Source: an uncultured bacterium
Lineage (GTDB): Bacteria; Babelota; Babeliae; Babelales; Babelaceae
DNA: 39,507 bases
Assembly (NCBI GenBank): GCA_963819815.1
Contig: CAWFXL010000002.1
Span: 1 to 39,507, forward strand
Direction of reading: 5' to 3'
The position numbers and the translations under genes were made by a program. A model generated the notes under the pieces. The model searched no databases. It was not told the DNA's origin and saw only the letters and a list, made by a program, of their open reading frames with translations. Below, piece after piece: positions 17,873-27,753 of this stretch. Numbering within the stretch: the stretch's first letter is position 1; each line of letters opens with the position of its first letter.

Positions 17873-19547
17873 TCACAAACCGCAGCCCACGCCAAATTGT
17901 TCAGAGGCAGATACGGGCAATTTTCCTTGAGCTTGTAAGGTACCATGAAGAACTTCAGCGGCAGCACATTGTGCATCGGGATCATCTTCATACGCTACGA
18001 GGATAGCAGCTTCGTCACCAAAGTTGCGCAAGCTATAGGCATTGCCAAATAAGGTCAGAATAACCTGCTTCTGAAGTTCCTTGAGTTTCTTTATAAGCGT
18101 AAGCGCACTTTCAGAAAGACCAAAGTTCTTATGCGCAAATTTGTTCATCTCAAATATTCCGATCACCACTCGAGTAATCCCCCTTACTTTTTCCAAGAGT
18201 TTATCAACCTCATCTTGTGTTGCCTGAACAGGTTGATAATAGACAACTGCAAAAGAGATCACAAAAGGCGCACCCTGTACTCCACCTATCTGAATCACCG
18301 GCACCTCTTGAGGATTTATAGGAAGTGCATGGTTATTTCTCACCAACGTTAAAGCTTTTTGATAGAGCTCTTTTTTAAGCACTCGCGCTTCATCAGTCAT
18401 AATACTTTTAAGTGCTTGTGGTATATCTATCTGACGGTGCCTATCAAGACCAGCCGACTCTTTTGCCTTCAGGATCTTAAGAACTTTTGCATCAAGCTCC
18501 TCACGAGGAATTCTCCCGTCAAGGACCGCCTGCTCTATAAGCTCAATCGCACGAGGTACATCAGTAGGGCACAGAAGAATATCTGTACCTGCACATACCG
18601 CTTTCAGCTCAATATCACCTGGAGCATAACTCTTAAGGGCCCCCATGTTAAGACCGTCACTGATTACTAACCCCTTGAAGCCTAGCTTGTTCTTAAGAAG
18701 CTCTGTTACAATCGGATATGATAAGCTCGAAGGTGTAAGAGTAGGATCAAATGCAGGAACTGCAAGATGCGCCATCATAATTGCTTCGACCCCTTGAGCA
18801 ATAAGTTGTTTAAAGGGATACAGTTCTGTCTCTTCCATATGTGCTACTGTACCGAGAATCGTAGGTAACACGTGATGTGAATCTTGGGAGGTATCTGCCA
18901 TGCCCTGGACAATGTTTTGGACAGTCAAGAATACCTGCGGCTCTTAATCCTGCGACAAACGCCTTACCAAGTCGCGCTACACGTTCTTTATCTTCTCCAA
19001 AAGAGCGATCGCTAATAACTACGTTCTGCGTATTATTATTCACATCAACTACCGGTGCTAAGTTTACATGAACACCGATAGCCCGACATTGACGCCCAAT
19101 CTCTTTACCTACTTGAAAAACTAATTGCTCATCTTGCAGTGCTCCCAAGGTCATATTTCTTGGAAATCTCATCGTTTCATTAAGACGCATAGTGAGGCCC
19201 CATTCAGCATCAAGACAAATAAGTAATGGAAGCTTGGAGAGCTCTTGAAAGTGATTAGTTAACACCATCTGCTTCTCAGGAGTGCTCTTCATAAGAAAAA
19301 TAACCCCACCAATCCCATGCTCACGGATCAGCTTCTCAATATAGGGCGGCTTCATTGAATCCCGCTCTAACGAAAATTGCTGCGCTAATGTAGTAGTCTC
19401 AGCGCCAAAGTCAGATGCAGCAGATACAACAAAAAGTTGTCCTATCTTTTCCTTTAAGGTTAAGTCAGGCAAGGTCTTTTCTACCCATGCTGCATAGCAG
19501 GGATACGTAATACATGCTGCTACCACTAGTGAATACACATAGTTCAT
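17873..19547 (-). CDS. GH3 beta-N-acetylglucosaminidase (NagZ-type, two-domain, signal peptide); +1 frameshift at ~18896
   Basis: LTLKEKIGQL, LDAEWG, NLAPVVDVN, DRSFGED, KHCPGHG|DTSQDSH (split motif), IMMAHL, GFKGLVISDGLNM, C-terminal GKLPVS; span 1675 nt = 3n+1. Confidence 0.88.
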
Positions 19548-19673
19548 AACATTGGTCCTTATATACAGAGTTAAAAAGGAAATTCTCAGCTTAAATGTAG
19601 CAAGAAACTATCCTCAAGGCTATGACATACTTGATGATAGCAGAACATCTATCTCACGTTATCGCTCCTCTAT

Positions 19674-19699
19674 GCTACACAAATGAGCTACACAAATGA
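19674..19699 (+). repeat. 13-bp perfect tandem duplication upstream of ftsK
   Basis: GCTACACAAATGA x2 (19674-19686, 19687-19699). Confidence 0.85.
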
Positions 19700-19763
19700 T
19701 CAGCTTTGCGATATAGTAGAGGTGCTTTAAGCATGACGTCAGATAACCATACCGAGAGCAGCC

Positions 19764-22004
19764 ATGAGTATACCCAAAAAAAATCCACCAACCACTAAGC
19801 TCGTAGAGGAAGAGACCTTTTCTCCTCGCGCTCAGAAAATAGGGATCTCCCTTGCTATCGGATCAGCTGCTTTGGTAAACGCACTTGCACTTGCCAGCTA
19901 TCACTTTGGAGATAGCTCTTTTATCTATGACAGTACCACTTTACACCCTACGGCAAATTGGCTCGGCTCTTTTGGTGCCTACTGGGCATCATTCCTCTTA
20001 TATCTCTTTGGTACCGCAGCATGGCTTATCCCCGGGATTCTGGTGTACTGCTTACGAGTGCATATGTTTAATCTTGCCTGGAAACGAGAGATCGATCGAA
20101 TTGGTGCAATGGTTGCCTTTTTTTTCATTGCTACAGGTATTGGTAATTATTTTAGTCTTGAGTGGTACCAAGGTATCTACCCCGGAGGACTCTGTGGCAT
20201 CTTGGTATCAGGTCTTATGCAAGTGTTTTTCTCAGAGCCACACCAGGAGCTCTTCTTATTCGTACTCACCTGGGCATTGTGGATCGTTATTGCACGATTT
20301 TCTTTTATTCTCTATCTCTATCCTATAAGGGACCTTGTCGCACAAATTCCCCTTAAGGACATTCTCACTGCCAGCAAGAGGCATATCGTTGGACTCATTG
20401 TTCGCATTGGTAACCTCATACCTCGCCAAGATTCTAGCGCCTCCCCTACAGAACCTTCATCTCGACTTTCAAAGTTACTTGATGAATTTAAGGAGAGTGA
20501 GCAGCCTGAAGAAACTGCGGTAACTACGGTTATCCCTGCAGTAAAACCACATCCTGCAACCCAAGCGACAGCCGAAGGAGAGCACCATGTTCAAGAAGGT
20601 GGCCATCAGGAAGGCTCCCAAGAGGGCTACCACTTACCTTCATCAGACCTTTTTGCAAACGTAAAAGAGGCTGAAACGGATGATGACATCCGTCAAAAAA
20701 GTGAAGAGCGTGCTAAAACTCTTGAAGACAAGCTTGAACGGTTCGGTATAAAAGGAAAAATCACCTCTATCACCCAAGGGCCGGTGGTCACCTTATTTGA
20801 ATATCAACCTTCGGTCGATACGAGAATTAACACGATCGTCGCTCGAGAAGATGATCTCGCCCTTGCTTTGCAAGCACTAAGCTTACGCATTATTGCCCCC
20901 ATTCCAGGCCGTTCAGTTGTGGGACTTGAAGTTGCGCACGCTAAGCGAAAGGCAGTTCTTTTTTCTCACGTTATTAAGAGCAAATCATACTCTTCTTTTA
21001 AGGGCCTTTTGCCCCTGATTTTAGGAAAAGATACTCTCGGAGGACATGTCATCATCGATCTTGCTTCATGTCCACACTTATTAGTAGCTGGATCAACCGG
21101 CTCAGGGAAGTCGGTCGGTCTGCATGGTATGCTTATCAGCTTACTCTGCAGCAAATCTCCTGACGAAGTAAAGCTCATTCTTATCGATCCTAAGCGCTTA
21201 GAGTTTGCAGCATATGCTGATATTGCTCACCTAGTCTTTCCCGTGGTTACTGATCCTAAGCGTGCCATCGTCGTACTGAAGTGGGCAGTAGAATGCATGG
21301 AAAACCGTTATATCCAGTTATCTGATGCTCAAGCGCGTAATGCGACAGACTTCAATAAGAAAAAGTCCCCTACCGACGAAGACTATATGCCCTACTTAGT
21401 TATTGTCATCGATGAGCTTGCTGATCTTATGATGACAGCAGGTAAAGAAGTTGAGTTCCTTATTGCACGGCTTGCTCAGATGGCACGTGCTGCAGGCATC
21501 CATCTTATCACGGCAACTCAGCGGCCTTCAGTTGATGTTATTACCGGTCTCATTAAGGTTAACTTCCCAACAAGGATCGCCTATAAGGTCATCTCCAAGG
21601 TTGACTCAAGAACCATTCTTGATATGACTGGTGCTGAGAAGCTGCTTGGCAAGGGCGACATGCTTTTCCTAGATAGTAAAGGAACGGTACAGCGGGTCCA
21701 TGGTGCTTTTGTAACCGATGAAGAGATTGCTGCGGTTATTAGCCATATTAAAGCCGAACGGGAAGTTCACTACCAAGAACTCGTAAGTATACGGCCAAGC
21801 GAAGTAACTGAAGATTCCGATGAGCTCTTTCAAGACGTGGTTAATTACCTTCAAAATAAGGATGAGATATCTATTTCATTGCTGCAACGAGTATTTAGAG
21901 TGGGATATAACCGTTCTGCGAGAATTATTGACCAGCTTGAAGAAAATGGGTACATACTCCCCGCCGATGGAGGCAAAATGAGGAAAGTCGTCAAGGATTC
22001 TTAA
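19764..22004 (+). CDS. ftsK: DNA translocase FtsK
   Basis: N-terminal TM domain (NWLGSFGAY), GPVVTLFE, RIIAPIPGRSVVGLE, PHLLVAGSTGSGKSVG, IDELADLMM, ATQRPSVDVITG, GAEKLLGKGDML and the gamma domain SISLLQRVFRVGYNRSARIIDQLE. Confidence 0.98.
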   Translation: MSIPKKNPPTTKLVEEETFSPRAQKIGISLAIGSAALVNALALASYHFGDSSFIYDSTTLHPTANWLGSFGAYWASFLLYLFGTAAWLIPGILVYCLRVHMFNLAWKREIDRIGAMVAFFFIATGIGNYFSLEWYQGIYPGGLCGILVSGLMQVFFSEPHQELFLFVLTWALWIVIARFSFILYLYPIRDLVAQIPLKDILTASKRHIVGLIVRIGNLIPRQDSSASPTEPSSRLSKLLDEFKESEQPEETAVTTVIPAVKPHPATQATAEGEHHVQEGGHQEGSQEGYHLPSSDLFANVKEAETDDDIRQKSEERAKTLEDKLERFGIKGKITSITQGPVVTLFEYQPSVDTRINTIVAREDDLALALQALSLRIIAPIPGRSVVGLEVAHAKRKAVLFSHVIKSKSYSSFKGLLPLILGKDTLGGHVIIDLASCPHLLVAGSTGSGKSVGLHGMLISLLCSKSPDEVKLILIDPKRLEFAAYADIAHLVFPVVTDPKRAIVVLKWAVECMENRYIQLSDAQARNATDFNKKKSPTDEDYMPYLVIVIDELADLMMTAGKEVEFLIARLAQMARAAGIHLITATQRPSVDVITGLIKVNFPTRIAYKVISKVDSRTILDMTGAEKLLGKGDMLFLDSKGTVQRVHGAFVTDEEIAAVISHIKAEREVHYQELVSIRPSEVTEDSDELFQDVVNYLQNKDEISISLLQRVFRVGYNRSARIIDQLEENGYILPADGGKMRKVVKDS

Positions 22005-22190
22005 TGATACCGTACTCTATGCAGTATCTTGACCTTCCCCCAGGTTTGTTACAGTTTGAAAAGAGGTACTCTGTCGCTCAAAAACCATTCTCACCCTCTT
22101 GGTTATGCCTAAGGGAGAGATAACTTATGCTTCACTGGCAATATAATCCGTTTTCCTCCTGCAGTAGGGATTATCTTGCATTGCATTTTT

Positions 22191-22219
22191 TTGACAAATG
22201 ATCAGCATAAAAGTATCAT
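22191..22219 (+). promoter_or_regulatory. Sigma70 promoter of murF
   Basis: TTGACA-17 nt-TATCAT, 39 nt upstream of the murF ATG. Confidence 0.7.
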
Positions 22220-22258
22220 AAATGTGACACATTACATTTCCATCATTGAGGTTCAACA

Positions 22259-23656
22259 ATGCGTTTTAATCAACAATTCATTACTTCGGTTGTGCCTGAA
22301 GCTCGTTTCTCCGGTTCTCAAATACAAGAATTTACGGCCGCTTCACTCGATTCACGAGAAGTAAAAAAAGGCGAACTTTTTATTGCAGTTCAAGGCAGTA
22401 AAGTGGATGGTCATGACTATATAGCCGAGGCTCTGACTAAGGGAGCTGTTGGCATTATAATCGATCATGCTAAAGAAGAAGTACTTAAGAAACTTGATAA
22501 AAATGCTTTAGATAAAATATTTGTTGTGAGCGTTCCCGATACTCAAAAAGCAGTTATTAGTTTAGCCGCAGTATGGAGATCTCTCTTTACGATACCGGTC
22601 ATAGGTATCACGGGATCTATCGGAAAAACGACCACGAAAGAGATGATTGCCAATATAGCTCGATTACACGGGATGAAATATGTCGCCTCAAAGGGCAATC
22701 AAAACACCGCTATTGGTCTTGCACTGAATATTCTCAGGCTCCGTCAAGAACATCAGCTCGCGATACTTGAAATGGGAATTAGTATGCGTGGCGAAATGGC
22801 TCGCATGACTGATCTAGCAAGGCCGACAATAGGTATTATCACCTATATTGGTCATAGTCATATGGAAGGTCTTGGTTCACTGAATGATATCGCGAATGAA
22901 AAAAGAGAAATTTTTAAGCACTTTAAAGAAGATAATATAGGTATCATCAACGGCGATCAGTTAATACTTTCCCAAATTGCTTACCGCCATCCTATGATTC
23001 GGTTTGGCAGTAAGACTACTAACCAAGTACAAGGGCGTAAGATTCAACCAAACAACCTCACCACAACTTTTGTGCTCAAGTTATATAAAGAGCGCTTCAA
23101 TATCGTCCTTGATACCAATAATACATCTCGAGTATTCAACGCATTGGCTGCTTCCGCTGCAGGATATCTTCTTGGAATTCCTTCAAAAACAATTATTAAG
23201 GGTATTCAAGAACCGCTCATCATCGAAGGGCGCTTCCATTCAACGCTCCTCAAAGCAGATAAAGGAATTCTCATCGATGATGCCTATAATGCAAGTCCTG
23301 AAAGCATGAAAGCCGCTTTACTTGCCTTTGAAAAAGTTGAGTCTAAGGGCCAAAAGATTGCCGTCCTTGGTGATATGCTTGAGCTTGGAGTAAATAGCCC
23401 CTTCTGGCACCGCCAGCTCGGAAGGTTCCTGCGTAAGGTTCCCTCATTAAATCATGTCATTTTGGTAGGTGATCTGGTGAAATGGACAAAAGATACTGTT
23501 CCTGTAGGTATCACTTTTGAACATGTACCAACGTGGAAAGAAGCAACAGAAAGTCTGAAAAAAAGGCTTGATCGAGGTGCTGCGATCCTAGTAAAAGGAT
23601 CACTCGGCATGCAGCTGCAGAATCTTGTTGGTGAACTGACTGAAACACAAAAATAA
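22259..23656 (+). CDS. murF: UDP-N-acetylmuramoyl-tripeptide--D-Ala-D-Ala ligase
   Basis: DSREVKKGELFIAVQG..DGHDYI, GITGSIGKTTTKEM, GNQNTAIG, LEMG, IDDAYNASPESM, VLGDMLELG, ILVKGS. Confidence 0.97.
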   Translation: MRFNQQFITSVVPEARFSGSQIQEFTAASLDSREVKKGELFIAVQGSKVDGHDYIAEALTKGAVGIIIDHAKEEVLKKLDKNALDKIFVVSVPDTQKAVISLAAVWRSLFTIPVIGITGSIGKTTTKEMIANIARLHGMKYVASKGNQNTAIGLALNILRLRQEHQLAILEMGISMRGEMARMTDLARPTIGIITYIGHSHMEGLGSLNDIANEKREIFKHFKEDNIGIINGDQLILSQIAYRHPMIRFGSKTTNQVQGRKIQPNNLTTTFVLKLYKERFNIVLDTNNTSRVFNALAASAAGYLLGIPSKTIIKGIQEPLIIEGRFHSTLLKADKGILIDDAYNASPESMKAALLAFEKVESKGQKIAVLGDMLELGVNSPFWHRQLGRFLRKVPSLNHVILVGDLVKWTKDTVPVGITFEHVPTWKEATESLKKRLDRGAAILVKGSLGMQLQNLVGELTETQK

Positions 23657-23663
23657 ATAAAAG

Positions 23664-23697
23664 AAGATGCAGGGCCGAAAAACGGCCCTGTTATCTT
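23664..23697 (+). terminator. GC-rich hairpin between murF and rsmH
   Basis: AAGAT-GCAGGGCCG-aaaaa-CGGCCCTGT-T-ATCTT directly after the murF stop. Confidence 0.55.
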
Positions 23698-23708
23698 GGC
23701 GTGCCCCT

Positions 23709-24599
23709 ATGTCCCTAACACCAGAAACTTTCTATCATATCTCGGTAATGGCTGACGAGGTCCGTACATACCTAGCACCCAAACCTCAGGGAATCTATGT
23801 TGATGCTACTTTTGGTGGCGGCGGCCATACAAAAGTCATACTCAAGACTGAGCCAACCTGCACGGTTATCGGTATCGATTGGGATGCTCATGCACTTGAA
23901 CTCAATGCACCTCCTTTAGAAGAAGAATATGGGGATCGCTTTATTCCGATGGCCGGTAGCTTTGCCCATATCGGACGGATCCTTAAGAAGCTTAATATAA
24001 GTCACATTGATGGGATTATCGCAGATTTTGGGACCTCCCAGTACCAGATAAAAAATCTCCCAGGGTTTTCCTTCTCGGTGCCTACCCCACTTGATATGCG
24101 TATGTCACCAGGCCATTATAAAGTAACCGCATATGATGTGGTTAATAGGGCTACGGAAGAGGAACTAGCAAACATCTTCTTTGATTATGGCGAAGAGCGA
24201 GCATCACGCAAGATTGCACGACTCATCGTCGAACAAAGAAAGACAAAACCGATTAGCACAACGACCGAGCTCGCGCAGCTTATCATGAAAATAGTCAAAC
24301 CTTATAGCCGCTCGATACATCCTGCTACCAAAGTATTTCAGGCACTGAGAATATTTGTTAATGATGAGCTGAATAACATTAAAGCACTCCTTACTACTTC
24401 TTTACATCTCCTTAACCCTGGAGGTCGTATTGTGTGTATCAGCTTCCATTCTCTTGAAGATCGTATCGTAAAACAGTTTTTTAAAGCACATCCTGAGCTT
24501 ACCATCCTTACTAAAAAAGTAGTTCAGGCTTCAGATGAAGAGCTTGCGCGAAACCCCTCATCGCGCAGTGCCAAATTACGAGCGGCCGAAAAAGTATAG
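23709..24599 (+). CDS. rsmH: 16S rRNA (cytosine1402-N4)-methyltransferase
   Basis: HISVM, YVDATFGGGGHT, DFGTSQYQ, GFSF..PLDMRM, YGEERASRKIA, HPATKVFQALRIFVNDEL, ISFHSLEDRIVK, NPSSRSAKLR. Start 23709 preferred because the region after 23667 is occupied by the hairpin. Confidence 0.97.
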   Translation: MSLTPETFYHISVMADEVRTYLAPKPQGIYVDATFGGGGHTKVILKTEPTCTVIGIDWDAHALELNAPPLEEEYGDRFIPMAGSFAHIGRILKKLNISHIDGIIADFGTSQYQIKNLPGFSFSVPTPLDMRMSPGHYKVTAYDVVNRATEEELANIFFDYGEERASRKIARLIVEQRKTKPISTTTELAQLIMKIVKPYSRSIHPATKVFQALRIFVNDELNNIKALLTTSLHLLNPGGRIVCISFHSLEDRIVKQFFKAHPELTILTKKVVQASDEELARNPSSRSAKLRAAEKV

Positions 24600-24678
24600 T
24601 CACTAGTACCAACGAATCTTTTTAAACCAAGCTTCTTAAAAGCTTGATCTAATGAGCACATCTTGAAAGCTCAGAAGC

Positions 24679-24707
24679 TTGACGCGATACTATGCTTGGG
24701 CTATACT
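24679..24707 (+). promoter_or_regulatory. Sigma70 promoter of tRNA-Gln
   Basis: TTGACG-17 nt-TATACT, 32 nt upstream of the tRNA. Confidence 0.75.
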
Positions 24708-24739
24708 AATTATATTCTTGTTCTACTTTGACTATTCTG

Positions 24740-24814
24740 TGGGGCGTAGCCAAGCGGTAAGGCATCAGGTTTTGGTCCTGACATGCGGAGGTTCGATCCC
24801 TTCCGCCCCAGCCA
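24740..24814 (+). tRNA. tRNA-Gln(TTG)
   Basis: TGGGGCGTAGCCAAGCGGTAAGGCATCAGGTT-TTG-GTCCTGACATGCGGAGGTTCGATCCCTTCCGCCCCAGCCA; 75 nt with CCA. Confidence 0.97.
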
Positions 24815-25391
24815 TGCTTATCATCATTTTTTAGCATATCAAAGAAGCGATTATAGGCCACGGATCGCAGTTCTTTGCTTTTGATCTATCACTGTGACTC
24901 AGTTGCAGCCACTCAGCAGCATCATTTTTTTAATCTCAAACTTCCCTAACTTTTAGGCAGAGCGAACTTCCATCTGCCACAATTGTATAGGGAAAGCTCT
25001 TAATCTATTGTATTGCTCGTAGAACAAGCGGAAGCTTGATTTGCGAGCGCCCAACTCTCTCAACGGAACTCTCGCTATGGTTGGTGCTACTGATAGTACT
25101 AACCTCGAAATCCGCTGTACGATCTTTGCTTTCAACAACTACTAGCCTAAGTCTAGGACTTCATACTTGGACTCAGATCATCAATGTGCTCAACCACCGC
25201 TTTTTTCAAATCTTGATTTTAGAAAGTACTTTTTAGTATGCTTGCCAATAGGAGAGAATCAAATACTACAATGTCGTTGCAAAGGGGGATTGCAAAATTA
25301 TAAACACGTTTATAAAAAAATATACTACTCTATTATCCGATAGACTAAATCTTATTAGAAAAAAAACATTACAGCAAAAAAAGGATTTAAA

Positions 25392-25859
25392 ATGAATATG
25401 TTTGCAAAATTATTTACTCTTGGGCTTCTAGTTACAACGTTGCCAGCATATAGTCATAAGGGCAGTAAATGTCATCCATGTACTGAAAAAGAGTATGTTG
25501 GACAATCTGCTCAAACTGATACCCCTACTGTCCTAGTAGCTTTTAGTTTTCTGTTCACAGATGATAAAACCATGATAATGCAATTTATTACCACTGCGGG
25601 CAATCAGCATACGGTAACGGGAACTTGGCAACACATTGGAGATAACTGCTTTTCTTTCTGTGGTGTAGAAAGTAAAAGTAAAGGCAGTGCTAATACTCCA
25701 GAATGGGCTCAAGTCAAAGGGCAAATTTGCTTTCAGACTGGATGTCAGACTGCATCCATAACTAACCTTACATTTACTGATTTTACAGACCCTGTCGCAC
25801 AAACAGCTGTAAGTTCACATGCTTTTGCAAATTTCACTGTATACCTTTTGAAATGCTAA
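25392..25859 (+). CDS. Secreted Cys-rich beta-strand hypothetical protein
   Basis: AAGGA RBS, signal peptide (..LLVTTLPAYS), seven Cys, followed by a hairpin. Confidence 0.8.
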   Translation: MNMFAKLFTLGLLVTTLPAYSHKGSKCHPCTEKEYVGQSAQTDTPTVLVAFSFLFTDDKTMIMQFITTAGNQHTVTGTWQHIGDNCFSFCGVESKSKGSANTPEWAQVKGQICFQTGCQTASITNLTFTDFTDPVAQTAVSSHAFANFTVYLLKC

Positions 25860-25879
25860 GATTTCCATTAAGATCAGAT

Positions 25880-25906
25880 AGATGGGAGCACTTAGTGCTC
25901 CCATCT
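25880..25906. terminator. Perfect hairpin between convergent genes
   Basis: AGATGGGAGCAC-tta-GTGCTCCCATCT. Confidence 0.7.
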
Positions 25907-26008
25907 TAACCATAGAGCAGTTTAATGTTTTTTGAACCGCATGGCGGTATTTATCAAACTCCCGTATTCTTTCCCCGCTTAAGGTGTTGTAGACTCCTAC
26001 AATAAAGT

Positions 26009-26803
26009 TTAATCAGCTAACCTCGCAAGACCATTTTTTTTACTGCGATTGAAGCAATACAGAAAGAGCACGGCCGATGCTGCCGCATAGACAATACTCA
26101 TCACATAGCCCTTCATCAGATACACTGTCGGGTCTTGCTGATGCATTAAATAGCCGCGCATGCCAGTAAATATATAGCTCATCGGTATACAGGTACTGAG
26201 CGCTTGGCCCCACTTGGGAAGCACTTCAATAGGATAATAAGCACCGCTGAAAGGCAGCAAAAACCAGGCTACTACAAAACCCAATTCTACACCCCGTTTA
26301 CCGAGTGTTACTACTATTTGTAAGCAGGTAAATCCAAGCCAGATACCACAAAAAAAGAGTGGCGGCATGAAAAGAAGAAACGAAGATATCATATACAAAA
26401 AGGAAAGATCATAGAGTGAGTATACAAGGAGCATTGAGCAAGCAATTGTTACGGTCATGGCAAAGGCATAAAAAAGCACTATGCCGAGCATCCATTCAAT
26501 GGTTCGTAAAGGGAGAGAGAATAGATTTATAATGTTATTGTTCCAAAGCTCTTCACAAAATGCGATGACAATAATATTAGCTCCGCGTCCAACCACTTGC
26601 CACAAGAGAATCGCCAGCAAAGCTGCTGCTTCGTAATTTTGAAATTGCGCTCCACCTGAGCGCTGAATCCATGCACCTAAAAATCCCCAGATTAATATAT
26701 CGAGTGCCGGCCAATAGAAGGATCCAAGTAACATATTGAAATCACGACGCCAGAGGCGCCCATGGCGAAGTACTACTGCCCAAATCGGGGACCAAGAAAT
26801 CAT
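26009..26803 (-). CDS. ABC-2 type exporter permease
   Basis: About six TMs, EELWNNNIINLFSLPL loop, FSGAYYPIEVLPKWGQALS..IPMSYIF motif. Confidence 0.9.
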   Translation of the reverse strand: MISWSPIWAVVLRHGRLWRRDFNMLLGSFYWPALDILIWGFLGAWIQRSGGAQFQNYEAAALLAILLWQVVGRGANIIVIAFCEELWNNNIINLFSLPLRTIEWMLGIVLFYAFAMTVTIACSMLLVYSLYDLSFLYMISSFLLFMPPLFFCGIWLGFTCLQIVVTLGKRGVELGFVVAWFLLPFSGAYYPIEVLPKWGQALSTCIPMSYIFTGMRGYLMHQQDPTVYLMKGYVMSIVYAAASAVLFLYCFNRSKKNGLARLAD

Positions 26804-26814
26804 AGCAATCCTCT

Positions 26815-27753
26815 CTATTTTGCAATGCTTATAAAATAATCTTCAAGCGAAGGCTTATCGATCGAAATCTGTGAAAAGGCTATTTTCTGCTCACCAAGCT
26901 GAGCTAAGAAGTGCGCAATAGCATGCTCGTCAAGTTCAACTACCATGGCCGCCTCTTGCTGCGTGTAAGGCACCTGCAGTTCATTAAAATACTTGAGCGC
27001 CTGCTCAACTGAGCTTGAAATATGTAGATGAACCCGGACTTTGGAGGTAGATTGCGCTAACTGCGCAGGAGTACTGTCAGCAATAATAGCACCATTTTTA
27101 AGGACAAGCACCCGGTTACACAGCTTAGTAACTTCATCCATATTATGTGAAGTAATCAAGATTGAAGTGCCTCGCTCATTACGCTGCGCTACAATAAACT
27201 GTCTTACTTCGTTTGCCACATCTGGATCGAGTGAGGCAGTTGGCTCGTCAAGCAGGACAATTTCAGGATCCGCAATAAATGCCTTGACAAGTAACATACG
27301 CGTTGTTTGCCCTGCAGACAAAGTTCCTGTTTGCCGGTTATGCATGTTATACAGGTCAAAAGATTTTAAGAGCCGTTGGATCTGTTCACTCCGTTTTGGC
27401 TGCGGGATTCCATAGATACGCCCTACCACATCAAGGTTCTCAGCCACCGTCAATCGAAGAGGTAGTTTATCATATCCGCTTGCATACCCGATGCGCTTAA
27501 GGATTGCAATCCGATGCTTTGCAAAGTCAGTACCAAAGTAGTCGATCGATCCACTGCTTGGTGCAAGAGTACCAAGAAGCATCTGGATCGTTGTGGTTTT
27601 CCCGGCACCATTCGGCCCGAGAACGCCCAGTATTTCTCCCTTGTCCATATGAAATGAGATATCATTCACTGCAGTATAGGTCTCTGGAGTTTTAAATGGC
27701 CAGAAGCCTGAACGGTACTGCTTGACGAGATTACGAACTTTCAGTATCTGCAT
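26815..27753 (-). CDS. ABC-2 exporter ATP-binding subunit (DrrA/NodI-like)
   Basis: LGPNGAGKTT, LSAGQ, LLDEPTASLD, ITSHNMDE, C-terminal PSLEDYF. Confidence 0.93.
   Translation of the reverse strand: MQILKVRNLVKQYRSGFWPFKTPETYTAVNDISFHMDKGEILGVLGPNGAGKTTTIQMLLGTLAPSSGSIDYFGTDFAKHRIAILKRIGYASGYDKLPLRLTVAENLDVVGRIYGIPQPKRSEQIQRLLKSFDLYNMHNRQTGTLSAGQTTRMLLVKAFIADPEIVLLDEPTASLDPDVANEVRQFIVAQRNERGTSILITSHNMDEVTKLCNRVLVLKNGAIIADSTPAQLAQSTSKVRVHLHISSSVEQALKYFNELQVPYTQQEAAMVVELDEHAIAHFLAQLGEQKIAFSQISIDKPSLEDYFISIAK

Noticed and set aside
22060..22190. Possible small RNA (for example 6S) between ftsK and murF, with imperfect stems at ~22089-22120 and ~22138-22180
   Set aside because: Stems are imperfect and explainable as ftsK termination signals; no recognisable family features.
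24815..25390. Short ORFs 24953..25138 and 25036..25236, or an integrase remnant after tRNA-Gln
   Set aside because: No RBS or recognisable motifs, no tyrosine/serine recombinase signature, and no att duplication seen.
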